Origin: the human T2T-CHM13v2.0 reference genome, Homo sapiens
Direction: 5' to 3' (one strand)
Length of the DNA stretch: 64,000 nucleotides
NCBI RefSeq assembly: GCF_009914755.1
Contig: NC_060926.1
Part shown: piece after piece, positions 47,271 through 64,000 of the stretch
Layout of the letters: each line of letters starts with the position of its first letter
Numbering within the stretch: the first letter of the stretch is position 1
Made by a program: the position numbers and the translations under genes
The notes under the pieces: model-generated
The model's database searches: none
What the model was told of the DNA's origin: nothing
The model's input: the letters and a program-made list of their open reading frames with translations, nothing else

Positions 47271-48854
47271 GAATAATTTATAGTTTTTAATATTAGAAAA
47301 ACACAAGTGAAAGGAATGTTTAATAAAAGGTGTTTAAGTTATATATATTTTTATAATATAAATGGCTTTTTATAGTGGCTTCTTTATTTTTGGGTGGTAG
47401 CATTTCTCTTACAATTTAAACTGCAAAAATTGCAAAGATAGAAGTTATTGATATTTAATTTTATTAAATTTTTAAAATTTATTATTTAAATTATATTTAA
47501 ATAATACACATTCATATCTAGAAGGAATAGGAAGTAGATATTTTAAAGGAGAAAAACCGCAAGGGTTCAACATCAGAGTTAAATTAAATTTAAATTTACC
47601 TAACCAAAAAAATGTCACTTGAATTTAAACTTGGTATAATGTGTATCATTATATCTCAGCAATTTATTAGATAGATTTTGGTGCCTATTTATTTGGGGCT
47701 TTTTCAAATTGGCTTCATTTGCTAATTACTACTTGGTTGTTTTCATCACTTTTCAAGTTCTATTGCTGGGAAATTTATAAAATAATATTGTAGTTAACCA
47801 GTTCAACCAAAGGATCTATGGAATATATAGTTTTGATTTTTCATGTTAAGGCTAGCTGGTACTTGTTAAGTCTTACTAAATGTTAGCCAGTTTGGAAATA
47901 AAATTACTTCTTAAAAGTTAATATCATGTAACAATTGATAATTGTTAAGCAAAAGAGTCAGACCATCAGTCATCTGTATTATAAAACTGACTTTGGAGGA
48001 ATTAAAGAAAAATATTCTTTTAATTTTTAGTTTTATTTTACATTTTATTAAATTGATAATGACTTGCTTATGTCATAGAAGCTGGTAAGAAACCAAAGAG
48101 TTTCATCTTGAAAATGACTCACTCCAAAGTAATAAATGTCTTCTTGGATGTTCAGATTAAATACTAGATAGTTTGAGAAGTAATTTGAGTCTGAGTTCTG
48201 GCAATTCATCATATAGGGTGATTGCCAAAGTAGCAGAACATTTGCAAAGAATAGAGATAAAAGGAATGATTTACATTGTTTAAAAATTAAGAAAAATTAA
48301 CATATAATAGAAAGTTACTGAAACAAACATTTGAAATGACATTAATATTTTAAAAAATCTGGATTTATGTCACTTGTCACATGTTTTCATAGCTGAAATT
48401 ATATCACATGATAAAATCAGATCAATCAAGGATAAAGTCCTGGTTATAGCTAGTCTTCTATCACTCATTCATTCACCAAATATCAAGTGCCTACTATATG
48501 CTCGGATCTATGTTGGTGAAAGAAGGATGATTAAGGTGGCTTTCAAACCTCACAAGTTGCTTACAGTGAAGTAAGATTAAGGCAATTTGGATTCCTCAGA
48601 TTGGCTGTGTTTTCTGAATGGATCAATGAAAAGCTGTGGTTGTCTTGAGTGGTCTTTCTTGCACAGAAAGGTGAACTCGAATACACTCTAAAGTGAGTTT
48701 AAAATAATACAACTATACTGGATTTAAAAAAAAACCATGAAATGAATAGCTTCTTTCTGGTAAAATATAGTGAATATAGAAGACCATTTGATGATCTAGT
48801 CAAAGATCCAAGGGCGATTTTTTGTATGTAGTGGATAGAAGAGGAGAGACCCTC

Positions 48855-48897
48855 TATGTATCTATCAATCATCTCTATCTACCTATCTATCTATCAC
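48855..48897. repeat. Degenerate (TCTA)n microsatellite
   Basis: Read directly. Confidence 0.8.
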
Positions 48898-49125
48898 CTA
48901 GTTTTGCTATTGTTTTTCCCTAATTACACTAGCACATAGCAATCATATTAGAAGAAAACATTACATATATAAAGTCATGGTACATAGACCGTAAGATCAT
49001 GTTTGAAAATGACTTAGAGAGATTTACTGGTGGTTTAAAAATCAATTTTTATTGGATGCTTTCATCTGTTTAGAAACACATATTATATAAAGAACTTTTG
49101 AGTGTTACATTGTTATGTACACTGC

Positions 49126-49687
49126 TGTAATCTTTTGGTTCAGCATGCAACTCATCTTTCTATTTGGGGATGATTCCCCATGTATATTGTCTCTGTGAAG
49201 GAAAACAGAACTATGTGTTGGCATTCAACAATATACTCATCCTCTTCAACAACTGTTCAAGAATCACAGGAACTGGACAGCTAGGAACTACATTTTGGAG
49301 ACTTCCTTATTAGCAGAGTTGTGTTCAGATCCCACTCATTAGGCATTCACACGGCATCTGGAAAGTGGACAGGAAGCATTCAGCATTGGCAAGTGAACTC
49401 AAAGCATTTGCCCAACATGAAGATTTGCAGCAGTAGCTGGGAATTCTCATACAAATCACCTACTTAGGTGCTGACAGGCAAATGTTGTCATTGGTAATAA
49501 ATATCCTTCTAACATGTTTGACTAAAGCAGCATTAGTTACATCCAGAGTATTTGAACACTAGCAAAAATCTGCATGCTAGAAGCTCTTTCAGTTGTTTCA
49601 TAAGCCCCTAGTTCTTTTTATTAAATCTCTTCCTGGTGAAACACTTAGAATGAGGTCTCTTTTTCTGATCAAATTTTGACTGATACA
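49126..49687 (+). mobile_element. Old ERVL-type solo LTR
   Basis: TGTAA start and ...ttgactgataca end, with attaaa upstream of the end. Confidence 0.5.
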
Positions 49688-49960
49688 GAGGAAATGTCCT
49701 ACCTGTACCATACGATCCAAAAGAAGAGAATCCTCCTGTTTCTTTTCTTATGGTAGCTTAATGTCCTGAAGTTGGCTTCTTCCTGGGTGGCGAGGCAAAT
49801 GAGTAATTATAATGCGCTGGTGATAGCAGCAGACATGCGTCCAGTGGCAGAAGCATCAAGGGCCAGTGATGACTGTGATGTCAGACATTTTTCTCTTTTT
49901 CTGATAAAAGAGATTGGCTTTGATATTTGATGCTTCCATACCACCTAGTATTTCACTTGC

Positions 49961-52985
<3,025 letters not shown>

Positions 52986-53025
52986 TCACCATCATCGACG
53001 TCCAAAGGTAGATAAAACCTCAAAG

Positions 53026-54046
53026 ATGGGGAAAAAACAGAGCAGAAAAGCTGAAAATTCTAAAAATCAGAGCACCTCTTCCCCTCCAAAGGAACACAGC
53101 TCCTTGCCAGCAATGGAACAAAGCTGGATGGAGAATGACTTTGACGAGTTGAGAGAAGAAGGCTTCAGATGATCAAAGTTCTCTGAGCTAAAGGAGGAAG
53201 TACGAACCCTTTGCAAAGAAGCTAAAAACCTTGAAAAAAGATTAGACGAATGGCTAACTAGAATAAGCAGTGTAGAGAAGTCCTTAAATGAACGGATGGA
53301 GCTGAAAACCATGGCACGAGAACCACGTGATGAATGCACAAACTTCAGTAGCCGATTTGATCAACTAGAAGACAGAGAGGGTATCAGTGATTGAAGATCA
53401 AATGAATGAAATGAAGTGAGAAGAGAAGTTTAGAGAAAAAAGAGTAAAAAGAAATGAACAAAGCTTCCAAGAAATATGGGACTATGTGAAAAGACCAAAT
53501 CTACGTCTGATTGCCATACCTGAAAGTCATGGGGAGAATGGAACCAAGTTGGAAAACACTCTGTAGGATATTATCCAGGAGAACTTCCCCAACCTAGCAA
53601 GGCAGGCCAAAATTCAAATTCAGGAAATACAGAGAAGAGAATGCCACAAAGATACTCCTCGAGAAGAGCAACTCCAAGACACATAATTGTCAGATTCACC
53701 AAAGTTGAAATGAAGGAAAAAATGTTAAGGGCAGCCAGAGAGAAAGGTCGGGTTACCCACAAAGGGAAGCCCATCAGACTAACAATGGATCTCTCAGCAG
53801 AAACTCTACAAGCCAGAAGAGAGTGGGGGCCAATATTCAACATTCTTAAAGAAAAGAATTTTCAACCCAGAATTTCATATCCAGCCAACGTAAGCTTCAT
53901 AAGTGAAGGAGAAATAAAATACAGACAAGCAAATGCTGAGAGATTTTGTCACCACTAGACCTGCCCTATAAGAGCTACTGAAGGAAGCACTAAACATGGA
54001 AAGGCACAACCAGTACCAGCCCCTGCAAAAACATGCCAAATTGTAA
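53026..54046 (+). pseudogene. L1-C ORF1, disrupted
   Basis: ATG GGG AAA AAA CAG start; stops, small insertions and a 5-bp deletion near 53920. Confidence 0.93.
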
Positions 54047-54109
54047 AGACCATCGATGCTAGGAAGAAACTGCATCAACTAACGAGCAAAATAACCAGCT
54101 AACATCATA

Positions 54110-57937
<3,828 letters not shown>

Positions 57938-58143
57938 ACACTGAGAACACTTGGACACAGGAAGGGGAACATCACACACCGGGGCCTGTCATGGGGTGGG
58001 GGGAGGGGGAGGGATAGCATTAGGAGGTATACCTAATATGAATGATGCATTAATGTGTGCAGCACACAAACATGGCAGATGTATACATATGTAACAAACC
58101 TGCACGTTGTGCACATGTACCCTAGAACTTAAAGGATAATAAA

Positions 58144-58182
58144 ATATACATATATATATTTCTATATATATATATATGTATA
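58144..58182. repeat. (TA)n microsatellite in the L1-C tail
   Basis: Read directly. Confidence 0.9.
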
Positions 58183-58781
58183 GAAAAGAAATAAGCTGAA
58201 ACAGAGGAGGATGCTGATTAGGTAGCCAGAAGCTATTCTGTGTAACATGCATCTATTTTGTTAGATGCATTGCTTTAGTCTTTGCATCCCAATCTCTGTT
58301 TTTAATATGGTAACTCTTGTCTTCTGTTAATAACAGCGAATATTTTGCTTCAAAGGGGCATTCATACTGTCTTCACTCCTGAGCTGTCATTGAGATAACT
58401 CCAAAGAATCAAAATGTAAATACACTATAAAAATATAGTGGAAAAACTCAATGTTTATTTATTGAGCAAAAAGCTTACCTTTCCAAGGTTGTTATTTTTC
58501 TTTTATAGACTTGTGAGCTCTTAAAAAATAATTTGACAAGTAGAAGTGTTTTGACTGACACCATCTTACTTCTTTGTGCTCAAATTGAGAGGTAAAATAA
58601 ATGCAAAAATATCCCCAATTCACTTGTCTGTCATACACAATAGGAATATTAAATTACAGCACAAACGTTATGGGATGTTCCAAAACTATGCTATTATAGA
58701 CTGTTGGAGCAAGATAGCAAACCCAGTTAAATTCTGCAGAAGTGTTGATGTACCAGAGCCAACGCATTTAGGACTCCAAAT

Positions 58782-58967
58782 CAGTAGGTTCCAATGCTTA
58801 ATCCCAAGACCAGTGGCATCACCATCATGAGGGAACTAGTTAGAAATGCAATTCTTAGGCCCTATCCCAGCCCCACTGAATCAGGATCTCTGAGGGTAAG
58901 TTTCAGAAATCTGTTTCATCTAACTCTCTAGGGGATTCTAATGCACCCTGAAGGGTGAGAATGCCTG
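58782..58967. mobile_element. MER5A (hAT-Charlie)
   Basis: gttagaaatgcaattcttaggccctatcccagccccactgaatcag...ggggattctaatgcac. Confidence 0.85.
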
Positions 58968-60219
58968 ACCTAGACACTATCACCACAAAAGAGTATGAGC
59001 CAAGGGCAGAAGAAAATACCTTCCAGGCCTGCCATAGAGGGGTGTGTGTGTGTGTATGTGTGCGTCTATGTGTGTACACATATCTCAGGAAAAATTTTCC
59101 CCAGTGATTTAACACTTCTGAAGCAATTCTGAAAGATTATTTCTAAACATCACCCATTTCATTTGGCCAACATTGTTAATTTTCCAATTAAGGGAAAATA
59201 TGGATTCATTAAGACCCTATTAGCTCATCTATATTTAACCTATCCAACTCTAATAACCATATTTATTTAATATTTTCTCTCCCCTTTAAAATTTATTAAT
59301 CCTTTTATCCTTCTTAATCACCTATCACTTTAGAAAAAAGGTTGTTTGTTTGTTTGTTTGTTTTGTTTTTTAGCCAATGATACCCAGTTGCTGTCTGGAA
59401 GATAAACCTCCTTCCATTTTCAGACACAAAAAGAAGTTGCTCTAGGTCTATTCATAGTTGTACGCTCATATATGACTGAGTAGTTCTAGTTTCTACACTA
59501 TTATTTTCTCCTGTAATTGTAATTTGAGAAGTTCACTGGCTTTCACATTTTGGGTTCATTACAGCCATTTACTTTATTCATTTTAATTTATTTTTACCGT
59601 TAGTTTTCTTGTTAAAAATAGTCAATGTTGCCTTCCAATTATTTTTCAGTAGCAAATACAGCACACATAATTGATGACTGCAGATGAATTAATTTGTCAT
59701 AATTAGCATTAATATCAGCAGATAGCATGTGTGGAGTGTTCACTATATTCTTAGTACTTTAATACTCTGCTAAGAACATTGCAAGAATAATCACCTTTAA
59801 TGTCATAATTTTTCATTACCTATAAAAAAACAACTGTATGTGCTATTGATATGTGTACTCTCGAATCTAGATTTGAACTATTGTTTTAATGACTCCCAAG
59901 AAAGGGATCAACTGCACCATGACTTAGAGTACTTACTGACTCAATTTTTGTGATACCTTAGAACCATTTTATAAATACATGGAAATTCTGTCTCATTATT
60001 TTGAATCCATATCTTCCTTCTTACCCCAAACTATAGCACCCAGTGTGGTGACTACCTAATTACATAATCTTGGCTCCAACAAGGTTTGACTCTTTTCAAG
60101 AATCAGATTAACCTTTAAAGGAATGTATCTTACCTTTCTTACAATTATTTGTACTAAGGTGAGAATGCTTTCAAAATGTAAAGGTTCATATTTACATAGC
60201 ATTTCATTAGAAAAGAAGC

Positions 60220-60812
60220 AGAGCAGAGTGGCTCAGAATATGGACTTGAGAGTCACACAGCTTGAGTACTAACTAGTTTTTTCTGTTCCACAGCAATTCA
60301 GAAACATCTCTGTGGGTGTTTCTTCCTCCATGAAATGGAAATATTACCTATTCTTATGGTTTGGCTGTGTCTCCACCCAAATCTCATCTTGAATTGTAGC
60401 TCCCACAATTCCCACATGTTGTGGGAGGAACCCAGTGGGAGGTAATTGAATCATAGGGGCAGGTCTTTCCCATGCTGTTCTCCAGATAATGAATAAGTCT
60501 CATGAGATCTGATGGTTTTATAAAGAGGAGTTTCCCTGCCAAGTTCTCTCTTACCTGCCACCAGGTAATCTGTGACTTGCCCCTCCTTGCCTTCCACCAT
60601 GATTGCGAGGCCTCCCCAGCCATGTGGAACTGTGAGTCAATTAGACCTCTTTTCTTTATAAATTACCCAGTCTCAGGGTATGTCTTTATCAGCAGTGTGA
60701 AAACAGACTAATACACCTACCTTACAAGGTTGCCATGAGGATGAGATGACACAGAAGATGCTAACAGGTCCCCACAGCATCTGGCAAACAGCAAGTACTC
60801 AATAAATGGCAG
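60220..60812 (+). mobile_element. MIR SINE split by a THE1 LTR
   Basis: MIR core pieces ttcctccatgaaatggaaat | cctaccttacaaggttgccatgaggat...tactcaataaatg. Confidence 0.7.
60352..60715 (+). mobile_element. THE1 (B/C-like) solo LTR
   Basis: tatggtttggctgtgt...cagactaataca; 5-bp TSD cctat/cctac. Confidence 0.93.
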
Positions 60813-61501
60813 ATTTCTTGTGAGTGTGTGTGTGTGTGTGTGTATGTGTATAGTGTGTTGTATTACATTCTTAGCATGAGAATTTAATATAACTCGATTA
60901 GATTGTCCTATCCTCTCATACTTCCAAAATCATTCTGCCTTTCCAGACATGTTCTTTGACTTTTGGAATAAAAGATCACAAATGTGTGAAGGGAAGTACA
61001 TGAAAGTGTGAACAGAAGTGCATAAAACAAAGAAGGTAGAGGAATGAGGACTGAGGAGTCTTAGAGCTGGAGACAGAATCTGAATGGAGAAGATCAAGTA
61101 GGGCATTGGACAGGTAGAGAAGAGTGGGTACTTGAATTAGTGTTGCTGGGTCCTGTCTTCTCCAGGAAATAACAGTAAAGACCTTGAGTTATTTTGAAAT
61201 TAGTTTTAGTAACATGGACTATTTTCCTCTATCAGACCAACATTTTTCTTAATAGATAGGGAATGTAGTTTCAGTTTTCCTTTAGTAATGACAGAGGTGT
61301 GTGGACACACCCCAATTTCTGAGTTCTTATTTATAACACAGTGAAAATGATTTCCTGAAGTGAGAAATTCAAAATAAGCTCTCTATATTTATAATTTAAT
61401 AAACAGCATGATTTATATATCTGACCAAACTTAACTTAATAATTATAAGTATTATTTAGCTTTAAAAAATGTGCCTTAAATCTCAAAATGAATGCTGATT
61501 T

Positions 61502-61563
61502 TCAGAAGCACCTTTATATGATTTGATGTTTCTCAGAAGCACCTTTATATGATTTGATGTTTC
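61502..61563. repeat. Perfect 31-bp tandem duplication
   Basis: tcagaagcacctttatatgatttgatgtttc twice. Confidence 0.97.
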
Positions 61564-62111
61564 TTGTTCCCCAAAGATATTTCCATTAGTGGTATAACAT
61601 TCCAAAGGTGTTAGGTTTTGTTTGTAATTTATGCATAAGAAATGAAAACAAGCAAGAGGATATTTCCAGCTTTTGGATTTATTAATTTTGTTCTCTAACA
61701 AACAACCTAAGCTTTCTGTGTCATATGGGTATGTGTGTTTAACTGACATAGGCATGACTAGGGATATTCATAAATCATAGTACCCTGTCCCTAAAAATCA
61801 GAAAAATTGGAAAGTTGATAGGAATTTTTGTCTCATTATAAGTAGAAAGTAGTTGAATGACTGGGTTGGCCCAGCTTTGTATAATTAATCCCAAGGAACC
61901 ACAATGTAAATAAATTATTTAAAAATCAGGACTATATATTTAATGTGAAATCGTATTTCTCCAGATATGTAATTAGTAATAAGAGACATCCTGTTTCCAA
62001 AGATGTTTCCTTGTTCAAAATCAACCTAAAGTTTTTAAAATCCACATAAAACAATAGCACATGTAAATTAAGTCTACTTTTTTTTGTGTCACGCAGATAG
62101 CAAGCAGTGAT

Positions 62112-62184
62112 AGATATTAACTACACAGATAACAGATATTAACTGCACAGATGTCAGATATTAACTGTACAGGTGTCTGATATT
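62112..62184. repeat. 22-bp minisatellite, about 3.3 copies
   Basis: cagatattaactgcacagatgt-like units. Confidence 0.9.
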
Positions 62185-62569
62185 TGTCATACACAGCAAC
62201 CAAAGAAAAAGAAAGCAAAGGAGGTAGAGGGACATGTATTCAGCTTCTAATATGGATCAGGTTTTGTGCTTGATGTCATTATATACATTATACACATTAA
62301 TCCTCCAAAAAATCCCCAAAGCTAAATTCAGCTTTCCTACAGCATAATGTAAATGAGACTACACAGATTGTACTCCTTTGTGTCTTTTTTTTCACTCTGA
62401 ATAATTTTGCTCTCATAACCTCATAGAAAACAGTAAGTCGTTCTTTTTAATAAAAATCAGTGTCAGGATCTGAAACCAAACTTGTCAATTTTCTAAATTT
62501 ATGCTCTTTTTATCCTTTCTACAGGGATGAAAAGCTAATGCATGGCAAATCTATGATCCTTTAAGAAAT

Positions 62570-63970
62570 AAGGATAACAAAACATACCAAAAAATTCTCA
62601 ATAGCACTGATAATCCTATTAAGAAAATTAAAATCAGATATTACCACTTACCTAGTAGATTGGTAAAAAGGAAAGTCTCAACAAAATAAGTTGGGACAAG
62701 AATGTTGACAACAGAAACTCATATCTGCTGGTGATAATATAAATTAGTAGAGTCGTTTTGAAAACATTTTGGAGTTATCTGGAAAGCTGGAAGGTTTGCA
62801 TATTCTGCAAACCAGCTACTTCACTTGTAGAGTATGTGTGTGTACCTTGGAGGAACTCTTGCGTATGTAAACCACAATACATGCAAAAGAATGTTATGGA
62901 AACATTATTTGCAATAGCCCAGAACAGAAATAGCTCTGAACTATCACAGTTCCGAATTGAAATTAATCTGAATGTCTATCAAGAGGAGAAGATGTCTACA
63001 AATTGCTGTGTATTCACACAATCAAATTTTATGCAGTGATGAAAACAAATTTAGCACAGTTATATACAACAACATGAATGCTTCTAATAAAAATGCTGAC
63101 CTAGAGATCCTCCTGCAAAATCACTTCAATAAATAGTGCAAGACAGAATAAATTTAGGTGAAAAAATAAAACCAGCAAAAGCAAAAATAGAGGAAAATTT
63201 CCCAACACATTTCAGGAAGTTAGGATAACCAATACAAAAATCAAATATCTATATCACCTATGAATATAGATGTAAAAACTAAAAATAAAATATTAAACAT
63301 TAAATTAAGTAGTATATTAAAAGATTATTTTGAATGAGTTATGTTTATTCAAAACTTAAAAAGTTCAACATAAGTTTATTATTCAATAAATAGATAAATG
63401 AAAAAAACCCCAATTAAAACTCTAAGCAAACCAGGATTAGAAGAACACTTCAATAACCTTATAAATTATATTCAACAGGAATCGGACAAACCAGTAAATG
63501 TGAACTATGTGAAGTAGTTCATCAAATTCCCTAAGTTAGTGATTCCTGAAATCACCATTTTGATTTAGCTAGCCAACGCAATAAGTGAAGGAATAAAATA
63601 GGAGGCGTCAATATTGAAAAGAAAAAGACTACTATAATTTAAATACCACATTACCATTTTCCTCAAAAATTTAAAAGAAACAGGTAAAAATATTTTAGGA
63701 CTAATAAGGAAGTTCATCAAAATGGTCTAATACAAAATATATACTTTTCTACATATTAATAAAAAACAACTTAAAAATAGAAGGGAAATTCCATTCAAAA
63801 CAATCTATAAAATGCATAGGACAAGGACAATTCAAAGGAGAGCGGTTAGTCTTTTCAGCAAATAATAAAAGAACAACTGAACATCCAAATGAAAAAATAA
63901 ATCTGGATGGGTATTTTATATGCAATTTAAAAATTAACTCAAAATGAATGAGAGATAAATGTTGTAAAAT
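62570..63970 (+). mobile_element. Ancient L1ME-like fragments (3' region, then ORF2 pieces)
   Basis: Degenerate motifs gaaactcatatctgctggtg, gtcttttcagcaaat, aaaattaactcaaaatg. Confidence 0.6.
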
Positions 63971-63975
63971 GGGCC

Positions 63976-64000
63976 TTTTTTTTTTTTTTTTTTTGAGACA
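63976..64000 (-). mobile_element. Tail of an Alu running off the window edge
   Basis: Poly-T followed by gagaca. Confidence 0.75.

Overview
AT-rich, gene-poor primate (hominoid-type) genomic DNA. I find no supportable host protein-coding gene or RNA gene. More than half of the window is LINE-1: three near-full-length minus-strand elements (L1PA15/16-like at 18.3-24.3 kb, L1PB-like at 24.8-31.8 kb, L1PA3-like with a 17-bp TSD at 38.3-44.5 kb), several older L1M fragments, and a head-to-head fused pair of L1PA4/5-like copies at 50.0-58.1 kb. There is also a near-complete Tigger1, four THE1/MST solo LTRs with TSDs, other LTR-like remnants, Alus, MER5A, MIR and microsatellites. The main observation is that the three youngest long L1s (A 38.3-44.5 kb minus, B 50.0-52.8 kb minus, C 52.8-58.1 kb plus) share non-consensus variants, some inactivating. 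B and C share about 18 over a 1.8-kb tract that ends at an Alu, and A shares short patches with both. This points to local gene conversion among inverted and direct L1 repeats. The B/C junction also creates an open chimeric ORF carrying the RT domain without the endonuclease. Subfamily names and 'consensus' states come from my recall of the families and were not checked against a database.
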